Positions 46,990 through 63,823 of a DNA stretch of 64,000 nt are shown here, in pieces. The notes beneath the pieces were generated by a model. It worked only from the letters and a program-made list of their open reading frames with translations. It did no database searches and had not been told where the DNA came from. The stretch is from the human T2T-CHM13v2.0 reference genome, Homo sapiens: NCBI RefSeq assembly GCF_009914755.1, contig NC_060935.1. One strand, given 5' to 3'. How positions within the stretch are numbered: position 1 is the first letter of the stretch; each line of letters opens with the position of its first letter. The translations under genes and the position numbers were made by a program.

Positions 46990-47285
46990 ATGAAAATAAA
47001 TAATTTAAAACCTAAATTGTCAGAACTTTAAAATATTTTGAGCCTTAATAAGATTATGGGACCTGAGTCAACTAAACAGGTAGCTATAATGGTTGTTTAT
47101 CTTATTATAGATTAGCCTTGTTCTTTGCATACATTGTTTTGTAAAATGTTGTTAAAGACTCAAGAATGCCAGGGAAGACATCTTCCCTCTTATTGTTAAT
47201 CTTCATTATAGATTAACTTTCCTCTCACTCCTTTGACTCAAAGACTTTATGACTAGCACATTGTCTAAGAAGGAATATTAAATGC
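46990..47285 (+). mobile_element. Probable ERV1 (MER4-group) LTR fragment
   Basis: AGAACTTTAAAATATTTTGAGCCTTAA...ATTATGGGACCTGAGTCA interrupts L1M; family uncertain. Confidence 0.4.
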
Positions 47286-48659
47286 AAAATAGTGCTAGGT
47301 GAAGGTGGTCTTATATTAGTTCAAATATATATTATAAAATCTGGAGAAAAAAGTAAAACAAATTATAAAGAAGATAACTAATACACTAAGAGAAGAAACA
47401 CAATGAAATTGTACAAAATGTTCAATAAAACCAAAAAGTTGTGGGGACAGGCAAAAACAAATGCAATGAATGGAAAAGAGTTAGAAATATGGTTGATACT
47501 AATCTGATTAATGATTATTTTGAAGGGAAATAGTCTAAATATCACAATTGAAATGCAAATATTGCCAGAGTAGATAAAAAATAAGACACACCTATATGTT
47601 GTCTATGAGAAGCCAACATTAACTATAAAGAATTAGGTCAAAAGTGAAAGGATGGAGAATGATATCTCATGTTAATGCTAATCAAAAGAACGCTGGAGTA
47701 GCTATATTAATTTCAGGGGTAAATGGACTTCAGAACAAAACAATAAATTGGAGATAATGGGTGCCATTATATAATGATAAGTGGCCAATTCTCTAAGAAG
47801 ATATACTATCCTAAATGGTCATGCACCAAAAAATAGAACATCAGAATGCATGAGACAAAAACTGATATAACTCAAAGGAGACATAGACAGTTTACTAATA
47901 TTTGGAGATTTCAACACCCCTGTTTAGTAGATAATCGATTAATTGATCAGGCAGAAAATCAGTAAGACTATAGTTGACCTGAACAGCACTATTATTTAAC
48001 TTGGTATAATTAACATTTATTGACTATTTCACTGAAAAAGAGCAGAACATCCACTATTCTTAAGCTCACATAGACTACTAACCAAGACAGTCTGCATTAT
48101 GGACCATAAATCCACTGTAATTAGTCTACATTAATAGAAATCAGACAAAATAGGTTCTTATACTAGAATGGAGAAAATCGGTAAGGATATACTATGAACT
48201 GAACAGCACTGTCAATCACCTGGATCTAATTGGCTCTATAGAATACTTCAGTCTACAATAGTAGAGTATACTTTCTTTTCAAGGACATAGGGAAAATTTG
48301 CCAAAATAGACCAAATTCTAGGCCATAATCATACCTTGCCAAATTTTAGGGAATAGAAATGATACAATGTCTGTTCTCAGACCATGATGTAATTAAACTA
48401 GAAATCAGTAACAGAAAGATAGCTTCAATCCCCAAATATTTGGATAATAACACACTTCTACTAAATAACATATTGGTCAAAGACATCTCAGAGAAATTTA
48501 AAAATATTTCAAACTAAATAAAAATGACCATAATAAATATAACTTATCAAAATATGCGGCATGCAGCAAAATCAGTGCTTAGAGGAAAATTAATAGTATT
48601 GAATGCACATATTAGAAATGAAAAAAGTGCAGAATTAATAATCTTCTATATTAGGAAAC

Positions 48660-51600
48660 GCTAATGCAGTTCAGGAGTTGAGAGTTGAGCACTGACCCCC
48701 TAAAATTTTCCAGAAACAAAGCCAGTCAAATGAGCCCACATTATATCACAATCAAACCCTAAAGGTCATCAAATAGGATAAAAGAAGGAAAAAACCATCC
48801 AAATGTCAGCAACTTCAAAGTCTGAAGAAACTGACAAAAGCCTACAAAGATGTAAAAGAACCAGTGCAAAAACTCTGACAACTCAAAAAGCCAAGGCGCC
48901 TTCTTGCCTCCAAATGAGTGTGCTACCTCTCAAACCAGGGTTCTGAACTGGGCTGAGATGTCTAAAATGACAGAAATATCATTCAAAAGCTAGATAGAAA
49001 CAAAGACCATTGAGAGGCAAGAGTAGTGGAAACCCAATCCAAGTAAGCCAAGAAACGCTATCAAACAGTACAGTAGCTGACAGACAAAATAGCCAGTATA
49101 GAAAAGAACATAACTGACCTGGCAGAGCTGAAAAACATACTACAAGAATTTTGTAATGCAGACACAGGTATTAACAGCAGAGTAGACCAAGCAGAGCAAC
49201 TAATCTCAGAGCCTGAAGTCTGGCTTTCTGAAGTAAGACAGCCAGACAAGAATAGAGACAAAAGGAAAGAATAAAACCTCCGAGATATATGGGATTATGT
49301 AAAGAGAATAAATCTATGACTCATGGGTGTCCCTGAAGATAGGGAGAGCGTAAGCAACTTGGAAACCATATTTCAGTATATCATCCATGAGAACTTCTCC
49401 AACCTAGCTAGACAGGCCAACGTTCAAATTCTGGAACTGCAGAGAACCCCTATAAGGTACACCATAAGAAGATCAGCCCGAACACACATAATCACCAGAT
49501 TCTCCAAGGGGAAAATTACAGAAAAATTGTTAAAGGCAGCTAGAAAGAAAGGTTGGGTCAATTAAAAAGGGAACCGCATCAAACAGCAGAACTCTCAGCA
49601 GAAACGCTATAAGTCAGAAGAGATTGGGGGCTAATATTCAACATTCTTAAAGAAAATAAATTCCATCCAAGAATTTTTTTCTAGTCAAACTAAGCTGCAT
49701 AAGCAAAGGAGAAATAAGATCCACGATGATCAAATAGGCTTCATCCCTGGGATGCAAGGCTGGTTCAATATATGCAAATCAATAAATGTGATTCATCCTA
49801 TAAAGAGAACTAAAGACAAAAACCACATGACGATCTCAATAGATTCAGAAAAGGCTTTCAATAAAATTCAACACTACTTCATGTTGAACACTTTCTATAA
49901 ACTAAGTATGGAAGGGGCATATCTCAAAATGATAAGGATCATCTATGAAAAACCCACAGCCAACATCATACTGAATGGGCAAAAACTGGAAGCACTCCTC
50001 TTGAAAACTGACACAAGATAAGGATGCCCACACTCACCACTTTTATTCAACATAGCATTGGAAGTCCTGGCAAGAGCAATCAGCAAAAGAAAGAAATAAA
50101 AGCATCCAGATAGGAAGAGAGGGAGTCAAACTATCCTTGTTTGCAGACAACATGATCCTATAGATGGGAAACCCCACGGTCTCAGCCCAAAAGTTTCTTT
50201 AACTGATAAATAACATCAGCTGTCTCAGAATACAGAATCAGCATGCAAAAATTACTACCATTTCTATACCCCCAAAACAGTCAAACCGATATCTAAATCA
50301 GGAACACAATCCCATTCACAATTACCATAAAAACAATAAAATACCTAGGAATACAGCTAATCGGGGAGGTGAAAGATCTCTACTATGAAAATTACAAAAC
50401 ACTGCTCAAAGAAATCAGAGATAACACAAACAAATGAAAAATATCTGATGCTCAGAGATATGAAGAATTAGTAGCACTAAAATGGCCATACTTTTCTAAG
50501 CAATTTATGGATTTAATGCTATTCCTATCAAACTAAAAATGACATTCTTCACAGAAATTAAAAAAACTATTTTAAAAATTCATATGGAACCAAAAAAGAG
50601 CCAAAGCCAAGACAATCCTAAGCAAAAAGAACAAAACTGGAGACATCACATTACGCAACTTCCAACATTACCACAGGGCTACAGTAAACAAAACAGCACG
50701 GTACTGGTACAAAAACAGGCACATAGACCAATGGAACAGAATAGAGAGCCCAGCAAAGGCCGCACACCTACAACTATCTGATCTTCAACAAAGCTGATGA
50801 AAACAAGGAATGGAGAAAGGACTTCCTGTTTAATAAATGGTGCTGGGATAACTAGCTAGCCTTATGCAGAAGATTGAAACTGGACTCCTTCCTTACACCA
50901 TATCCAAAAACCAACTCAATATGAATTAAACCAAAACTATAAAAATCCTACAAGACAACCTAGGTAATACCATTCTGGACACAGAAATGGACAAAGATTT
51001 CATGACGAAGACAACAGAAACAATTGGAACAATAGCAAAAATTGACAAATGGGATCTAATTAAACTAAAAAAGCTTCTGCACAGCAAAAGAAACTATCAA
51101 CAGAGTAAACAGACAGAATACAGAATGGGGACAATTTTTGCAAACGATGCATCTGAAAAAGGTCTAACATCCAGCATCTATAAGGAACTGTAAGCAAACT
51201 AAAAGGAACACATTTACAAGGAAAAAACAAGCAGCCCTATTAAAAATTGGGCAAAAGACATGAAGACACTTTTCAAAAGAGAACACACATGCGGCCAACA
51301 TGCATATGAAAAAAAAAATCTCAAGATCACTGATAATTACAGAAATGTAAATCATAACCACAATGAAATACTATCTCACACCCATCAGAATGGCTATTAT
51401 TAAAAAGTAAAAAAATAACAGATGCTGGCAAGGTTGCAGAGAGAAAGGAATGTTTATAGACTGTTGGTGGGAGAGTAAATTAGTTGAACCACTGTGAAAG
51501 ATAGAGTGGCAATTCCTGAAAGACTTAAAAATATAACTATTATATTTGACATAGCAATCCAATTACTGGGTATATACCCAAAATAGTATAAATCATTCAG

Positions 51601-52085
51601 TCATAAAAACACCTGCACACATATGTTCATTGCAGCACTAATCACAATAGTGAGGACATGAAATCACACTAAATGCCTATCAATGGAAGACTTTATAAAG
51701 AATATATGGCACATATACACCATGGAATTCTATGCAGCCAAAAAAAAGAATGAGATTATGTTCTTTGCAAGAACATGCATGGAGCTGGAGACCATTTTCC
51801 TTAGCAAATTAAGGCAGGACGAGAAAACCACATACCAAATATTCTCACTTATAGATGTGAGCTAAATAATGAGAATACATGGACACATAGAGTGGAACAA
51901 CAGACACTGAAACTTATCAGTTAAGTGAAGTGTGGAAGGAGCGAGAAGGTCAGGAAAAATAACTAATAGGTACTAGGCTTAATACCTGGATAACAAAATG
52001 ATATGTAAAGCAAACCCTCACAATACAAGTTTACTTACATAATGAACCTGCAAATGTACCCCTGAACTTAAAATAAAATTGAAAA
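48660..52085 (+). mobile_element. Old primate L1 (L1PA13-16/L1PREC2-like), 5'-truncated, with ~1.9-kb internal deletion
   Basis: ORF1 remnants (GVPEDRE..NLETIFQYIIHENFSNLARQANVQI), RT remnants ([15 protein letters not shown]), 3' UTR ATGTACCCCTGAACTTAAAATAAAA. Confidence 0.85.
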
Positions 52086-52456
52086 ATAATCCAAAGTAAA
52101 CAAAAGAAAAAAATGAAAAAATTAGAACATTAAAAATCAATAACAAGAGAAACTTTAGAAAATTCACAAATACATGTACATTAAATACATTTGCAAATAA
52201 CCAATGATTCACTGAAAAATTAAGTTTTATAATATCTTGAAAGAAACAAAAATAGATACATAAAATACCAAACTTATTATGCCAACTTATTGCATGCCAC
52301 TAAAGCAGCTCTAAGAGGTAAAGTTTATAGCAATAAATGCCTAAATCAAACAAGAAGCTCTTAAATTAACAAAGCTATGTTTTAAGAATTTTTTTTAAAG
52401 AACAAACGAATCGCAGCATTAGGAGAGGAAATAAATAATGGAGTTCAGAGCATAAC

Positions 52457-52501
52457 GAAATGAAATGAAATGAAATGAAATGAAATGAAATGAAATGAAA
52501 T
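52457..52501. repeat. (GAAAT)9 pentanucleotide microsatellite
   Basis: Direct reading; expansion of an L1 AAATGAAAT motif. Confidence 0.95.
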
Positions 52502-52507
52502 AGAGAC

Positions 52508-52775
<268 letters not shown>

Positions 52776-52868
52776 CTAATGGCCTCACAGTTGAATTCTG
52801 CCAAACATTTAAAGAATAACAGTCCTTCGCAAATGCTGCCAAGAGACTATAAAGGAGGGAATACGTTC

Positions 52869-53123
<255 letters not shown>

Positions 53124-55563
53124 TGATGAGGTCAGCATTATCCTGATACCAAAGCCAGACAAGGACAATACAATAAAGAAAAAATGCAGAACAATATCCT
53201 TGATGAACATAGATGCAAAACTTCTCAACAATATACTAGTAGACTGAATTCAACAACACATTAAAAGGGTTATTCATCATGATCTAGTGTGATTCATTCC
53301 TGCACGAATGGTTCAACATAGGCAAATTAATAGATGTGACACATATATTAACATAGTGAAGGACAAAAACCACATGATCATGTAATTTGATGCAGAAAAA
53401 TGATTTTGACAAAATTCAACATCATTTTATAATAAAAACTCAACAAATTAGATATAGACAAAATGTACTGCAACACAATAAAGGTCATATTTGAGAAACT
53501 CACAGCTACCATTATACTCAACAGTAAAAAGTTGAAATCCTTTCCACTAACATCCAGAAAAAGACAAGTGTGCCCACTCTTATCACTTCCATTCAACATG
53601 GTATTGGAAGGCCTTACTATAGCAATTAGGCAACAGAAAGAAATAAAGGCATGTAAATATGGAAGAAAGAAGTGAAATTCTTACTGTTTGCCAATGATGA
53701 GATCTTATATACAGAAAACCCCAAAAGATTCCATGCATACAAAAAGATTGTTAGAAGTAAATACATTAAAGTTACAGGATATAAAATTAACTTGCAAAAA
53801 TCAGTAGAATTTCTATATGATAACAGGCTTTCTGAAAAAGATATCAAAGGAGCAATCCCATTTATAATAGCTACAAAAACTAAAATACTTAGAAATAAAT
53901 TTAACTAAGTAAATGAAGAACATGCACACTGAAAACTATAGAAAGTTAGTGAAATAAATTGAAGAAAACACAAGTAAATTAAAAGATATCTTGTGTCTAT
54001 ATACTGGAAGAATTAATGTTAAAATGTCCATATTACCTAAAGTGATCTACATATTCAGTGCAGTCACTATCAACATTCCCATGTCATTTTTCATAAAAAT
54101 AGAAAAAAAACCTACAATTCATGTGGAATGGCAAAATAAGCTCAAATAGTCAAGGTAACCATGAGTAAAAAGAATAAAGCTGGAAATATCATACTATTTG
54201 ATTTCAAACTATAATACAAAGTAATATTAATTAAAACAGCAATACACTGGCATAAAGTAGACATATTAACTAATGGAACAAAATAGAAAGCCTAAAATAA
54301 ACTGAACATAAAGAGTCAATTGATTTTAAACAAAGGTGCCAAGAATACACAATAAAAAGGGCAATATCTTCAATAAATGATTTCGAGAAAACTGGATATC
54401 CATGCACAGAAGAATAAAATTGAACCCTTATCTCAAACCATACACAAAAATCAATTCAAAGTGGATTATAAAGACTTTAAAAAAGATGTGAAATGGCAAA
54501 ACTACTAGAGAAAAACTTAGGGGGAAACTACACAACATTGGTCTAGGCAATGGTTTTCTGGATTAGACTCCAAAAGCACAGGCAAAAAAAGCAAAAATAG
54601 ACAAATGGGATTAAAACAAAATGAAAAGCTTTTGCACAACAAATAAAACAACTAATTCAAGAAACAACCTATGGATTGGGAGAAAATATTTGTAAGCTAT
54701 AGATCTGATAAGAGGTCAATATCCAAAACATATAAGATTATCAAACTACTCAATAAAAAGAAACAAATAATCATATGAAAAATTGTCAAGGAAAGGGGAC
54801 AGAATAGATATTTCTAAAAAGAAGACATTCAAATGTCAACAGATATATCAAGAATGCTCAATATTATCATTAAAGAGATGCAAATTAATTATGCTATTCC
54901 CAATGAGATACCATCTCACAACTTTCAGAATGGCTATTATGAAAAGGATGAACAATACCAAGTGTTGGTAAGGTGTGATGAAAAGGAAACTGTTGTACAT
55001 TATTGGTGGAAATGTAAATTAGTGCAGCTATTATAAAAAGCTGTATGGAAGTTCGTCAAAAAACTGAAAATGAATTATGATATGATCCAGCACTCCTACT
55101 TCTGGACAATTACTCAAAAGATTTGAAATCACTGTGTGAAAGATATGTCTGCACTCCCATGTTCATTGCAGCACTATTTGCAATAGACACGTTATGGAGT
55201 CAACCTAAGTGTCCATCAACAGAAGAATGAATACAGAAAATGTGGTATATGTACAATGATGAAATTTTATTTGGCCTTAAAAAAGAATATATTTCTGTCA
55301 CTTGTGATAACATGGATGGGATTGGTAACCGTTATTCTAAGTGGAGTAATCCAGGCACAGAAAGACTAATATTACATGTTCTCACTTAATGAAATCTACA
55401 ATAATTTAACTCATAACAGCAGAGAGTAGAATAGTGCTTACAAGAGGCTGACGGGTGGGGGAAATGGGAAGATGATGGTTAAAGGAGATAAAGCCTCAAT
55501 TAGACCAGAAGAATAGGGTGATTTTTTTTTTTTTTTGAGATCTATTGCACAGGGTGATGAATA

Positions 55564-55891
55564 TTGTTGATCCTCTGTATCTGTGAGTTCCACCCATGGA
55601 ATCAGCCAATCATGGATCAAACGTATTTTGGTAAAAAAAGCAATAAAAAATAAGAGTACAATAATAACGAATAATACAAACGTTAAAATATAGTGTAACA
55701 ACTATTTGCATAACATTTACATTGTATTAGATATTGTAAATAATCTTAAAATGATTTAAAGCATATGGAAGGATATGCATAACTTATATGCAAATACTAT
55801 ACCTTTTTATACAAGGAATTTGGACATCCATAGATTTTGGTATCTGCCAGGGATCCTGGAGCCAATCCCTTTCAGATACCAAGGAACAAGT
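55564..55891. mobile_element. MER2 (Tigger MITE, MER2B-like)
   Basis: CATTTACATTGTATTAG, TATATGCAAATACTATACC, GATTTTGGTATCTG...GGATCCTGGAGCCAATCCC. Confidence 0.82.
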
Positions 55892-56080
55892 GTTTTGCAT
55901 ATTTCTAAATGACTGAGTTAATTTCAAATGTACTTACCACAAAAAATAATAAATATTTGAAGTGATGGATTTGTTAATTAGCTTGACTTAAGAATTCTAC
56001 ATTGTATTCATTAATAATGACATCGCTTTTTAACCCATTAGTATATTCAACTATATATTTTCAATTTACAGTAAAAAATG

Positions 56081-56590
56081 ATCAGAAATCAATGGAATCG
56101 AAAACAAGAAATTAATAGATAAATGAAACAAAAATGGTTCTTTGAATATATCAGTGAAGGTACTAAATCTATAGCTAGGCAATACAAGAAAAAGAGAAGA
56201 AACAAATTACCAATAACCAAAATAAGAGAGTGGTCATCACTTCTGATCCTGCAGACATAAGGTGATAATAATATAAAGAGTCTAGGCCCACAATCTTCAT
56301 AACTTACATGTATTTCCTTCCCCACATACACTACCCCATTGTAAAAATTAAAAAAATTAAGAAAAATTTTAATTGATGGGCATTTGATACAATATCTGAT
56401 TAGTACTCCACTAAACTTACAAAGTATCAAAAATAAGGCCCATATAAGAAAGTCTCATAGCCAAGAGAAGCTTAAAAAGACATGAGCACTAAATATAATT
56501 CAGTATACTTAAATGGGATCTTGGAACAGAATGAGTATAGTAGGTTAAAATCAGAGAAATCTAAAGAAAGCAAGGAATATTATTATTTAA
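56081..56590 (+). mobile_element. Continuation of ancient L1M (ORF2 piece and L1MC-type 3' UTR)
   Basis: AGAAATCAATGGAATCGAAAAC..TGGTTCTTTGAA..ATCACTTCTGATCCTGCAGACAT; GACATGAGCACTAAAT..ATGGGATCTTGGAACAGAA. Confidence 0.6.
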
Positions 56591-57525
56591 ATCATATTCC
56601 TTAAAATGGCAGGATCAAAATAGTCAAATAAAATACAAAATAATTTTAAAAATATAAAAGTAATGAGACATTAAGTAGTATAATTCAGTATAGAAATAAA
56701 GGATCTGAAATGATTGTAGCTTCCCTATAATATGATATCAAATGAGGGCTCTATTTACAAATTGATCAATAATATACTACTTAAATACTGATGCAGAAAA
56801 TAACAGATTAGGGAAAGGCTTATATATGTTATGAATTCATTTACTCAGAAAATTATTAGTATAAGGTGATTAAAATGTCTTCTGAAGAAGAGATACAAAG
56901 CTAACAAAATGTGGTAATGTCTATGAATGCATCACAAGACTTCTTTGTTCTCACAATTCTTTTTCATGTAAGTAGTTGTTCAGGATTGTCAGAACAATAG
57001 GCACAAACCAAGTTAATACAGTGGTGGAGAAATTATCCATCAAAGCCATGGCAAAAATGGGACAATTAAACTAAGAAAAAGTTGAAATCAGGAATTGTGT
57101 CAGTTAATAATTTTTCAAATTCAATTAAAGATAAAGGTATGAGCCATACTCAGAGGTATTTCCCAAACCTGAAATTACTACACGTGTAAATGTGAATGAC
57201 ATTTCTAGATTGGCTAGAAAAATCTCATAAATGATGTTTTTATTTTTATGTCTGAGGCCCAATTTTGACAGTACTATAGTATTTAAAATCTGTGACTTAA
57301 AAGGGGCCATCTGATAAAATATCAGAAAGGACAGAACAAACTGTAGCTATAAAAGAAACAACAGTTTCTTTCCTTAAAGGAATGAAACTAAGAGTAAGTC
57401 ATATCCATAGACCATTGTATTAAAGTTATATTGAAATCTTTGCCCCCTCCTTCTCAATTTAAGGTTACTTACAAAATATATAAAAGATGAAATTTAAAAC
57501 AAGATGCTGTAAAGAGCATATCATT

Positions 57526-57538
57526 TGGAATTTTTTTT
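57526..57538. other. Target-site duplication, left copy (TGGAATTTTTTTT)
   Basis: Identical to 63824-63836; adjoins the L1 poly(A) tail. Confidence 0.85.
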
Positions 57539-57550
57539 TTTATAAATTAA

Positions 57551-57582
<32 letters not shown>

Positions 57583-57685
57583 TTTTTATTATACTCTAAG
57601 TTTTAGGGTACATGTGCACATTGTGCAGGTTAGTTACATATGTATACATGTGCCATGCTGGTGCGCTGCACCCACTAATGTGTCA

Positions 57686-61627
<3,942 letters not shown>

Positions 61628-61683
61628 TTAGCTGGTGATTTTGCTCATTAGTTGATGCAGTTACTTCCTAGTCTCGATGGTCT

Positions 61684-62700
61684 TTACATTTTGGCATGAT
61701 TTTGCAGCGGCTGGTACCGGTTGTTCCTTTCCATGTTTAGCGCTTCCTTCAGGAGCTCTTTTAGGGCAGGCCTGGTGGTGACAAAATCTCTCAGCATTTG
61801 CTTGTCTATAAAGTATTTTATTTCTCCTTCACTTTTGAAGCTTAGTTTGGCTGGATATGAAATTCTGGGTTGAAAATTCTTTTCTTTAAGAATGTTGAAT
61901 ATTGACCCCCACTCTCTTCTGGCTTGTAGGGTTTCTGCCGAGAGATCCGCTGTTAGTCTGATGGGCTTTCCTTTGAGGGTAACCCGACCTTTCTCTCTGG
62001 CTGCCCTTAACATTTTTTCCTTCATTTCAACTTTGGTGAATCTGACAATTATGTGTCTTGGAGTTGCTCTTCTCGAGGAGTATCTTTGTGGCGTTCTCTG
62101 TATTTCCCGAATCTGAACGTTGGCCTGCCTTGCTAGATTGGGGAAGTTCTCCTGGATAATATCCTGCAGAGTGTTTTCCAACTTGGTTCCATTCTCCACA
62201 TCACTTTCAGGTACACCAATCAGACGTAGATTTGGTCTTTTCACATAGTCCCATATTTCTTGGAGGCTTTGCTCATTTCTTTTTATTCTTTTTTCTCTAA
62301 ACTTCCCTTCTCGCTTCATTTCATTCATTTCATCTTCCATTGCTGATACCCTTTCTTCCAGTTGATCGCATCGGCTCCTGAGGCTTCTGCATTCTTCACA
62401 TAGTTCTCGAGCCTTGGTTTTCAGCTCCATCATCTCCTTTAAGCACTTCTCTGTATTGGTTATTCTAGTTATACATTCTTCTAAATTTTTTTCAAAGTTT
62501 TCAACTTCTTTGCCTTTGGTTTGAATGTCCTCCCGTAGCTCAGAGTAATTTGATCATCTGAAGCCTTCTTCTCTCAGCTCGTCAAAATCATTCTCCATCC
62601 AGCTTTGTTCTGTTGCTGGTGAGGAACTGCGTTCCTTTGGAGGAGGAGAGGCGCTCTGCGTTTTAGAGTTTCCAGTTTTTCTGTTCTGTTTTTTCCCCAT
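61684..62700 (-). pseudogene. ORF1: L1 ORF1 (338 codons) with premature stop R49*
   Basis: MGKKQNRKTG...EEGFR* with TGA at 62554-62556 (CGA>TGA); frame otherwise preserved to ...QNHAKM. Confidence 0.95.
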
Positions 62701-63606
62701 CTTTGTGGTTTTATCTACTTTTGGTCTTTGATGATGGTGATGTACAGATGGGTTTTCGGTGTAGATGTCCTTTCTGGTTGTTAGTTTTCCTTCTAACAGA
62801 CAGGACCCTCAGCTGCAGGTCTGTTGGAATACCCTGCCGTGTGAGGTGTCAGTGTGCCCCTGCTGGGGAGTGCCTCCCAGTTAGGCTGCTCAGGGGTCAG
62901 GGGTCAGGGACCCACTTGAGGAGGCAGTCTGCCCCTTCTCAGATCTCCAGCTGCGTGCTGGGAGAACCACTGCTCTCTTCAAAGCTGTCAGACAGGGTCA
63001 TTTAAGTCTGCAGAGGTTACTGCTGTCTTTTTGTTTGTCTGTGCCCTGCCCCCAGAGGTGGAGCCTACAGAGGCAGGCAGGCTTCCTTGAGCTGTGGTGG
63101 GCTCCACCCAGTTCGAGCTTCCCGGCTGCTTTGTTTACCTAAGCAAGCCTGGGCAATGGCGGGCGCCCCTCCCCCAGCCTCGTTGCCGCCTTGCAGTTTG
63201 ATCTCAGACTGCTGTGCTAGCAATCAGCGAGATTCCGTGGGCGTAGGACCCTCTGAGCCAGGTGTGGGATATAGTCTCGTGGTGCGCCGTTTCTTAAGCC
63301 GGTCTGAAAAGCGCAATATTCGGGTGGGAGTGACCCGATTTTCCAGGTGCGTCCGTCACCCCTTTCTTTGACTCGGAAAGGGAACTCCCTGACCCCTTGC
63401 GCTTCCCAGGTGAGGCAATGCCTCGCCCTGCTTCGGCTCGCGCACGTTGCACACACACACTGGCCTGCGCCCACTGTCTGGCACTCCCTAGTGAGATGAA
63501 CCCGGTACCTCAGATGGAAATGCAGAAATCACCCGTCTTCTGCGTCGCTCACGCTGGGAGCTGTAGACAGGAGCTGTTCCTATTCGGCCATCTTGGCTCC
63601 TCCTCC
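62701..63606 (-). promoter_or_regulatory. L1 5' UTR: sense and antisense promoters, CpG-rich, intact YY1 site
   Basis: CAAGATGGCCG (YY1) at 63585-63595; complete ~906-bp UTR. Confidence 0.92.
63156..63371 (+). CDS. ORF0: L1 antisense ORF0, intact 71 aa
   Basis: MAGAPPPASLPPCSLISDCCASNQRDSVGVGPSEPGVGYSLVVRRFLSRSEKRNIRVGVTRFSRCVRHPFL*; GCAATGG start context; splice donors GT at 63262 and 63347. Confidence 0.9.
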   Translation: MAGAPPPASLPPCSLISDCCASNQRDSVGVGPSEPGVGYSLVVRRFLSRSEKRNIRVGVTRFSRCVRHPFL

Positions 63607-63823
63607 AGTTAATATTTTTCTGTCCCCGGCCGTGGCTCCTCCTCCCCGAGCAGTGGGGCTCGCTGGACAAGTGTCCTCAGATAGTCCAGAAAGTTTGCTC
63701 TGCGGTCCCGGGGACGCCTGCGTGGGACCCAGTGAGGAAAGCGGGGCTGGCTCCTCGCACCTCGGGCAGCCGCCGCTCGAAAGTCTTGGCCCAGGTCCTC
63801 CAGGCCCGGCTCAAACTCAGGAG
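63607..63823 (-). other. ~217-bp non-L1 GC/CpG-rich segment co-inserted with the L1 (candidate 5' transduction)
   Basis: Lies inside the TSD pair; by hand count ~67% GC and 15 CpG over 63621-63823; no ATG on the L1-sense strand; abrupt return to AT-rich DNA at the TSD. Confidence 0.85.

Noticed and set aside
52457-52501. (GAAAT)n as HSAT2/3-like satellite or CRISPR-like array
   Set aside because: Only nine units, GAAAT rather than GGAAT, derived from a local L1 motif, with no spacers.
63607-63823. GC-rich segment as a native promoter into which the L1 inserted
   Set aside because: No TSD copy lies next to the L1 start; the matching TSD and endonuclease site are on the far side of the segment. 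An ortholog check is still needed for certainty.
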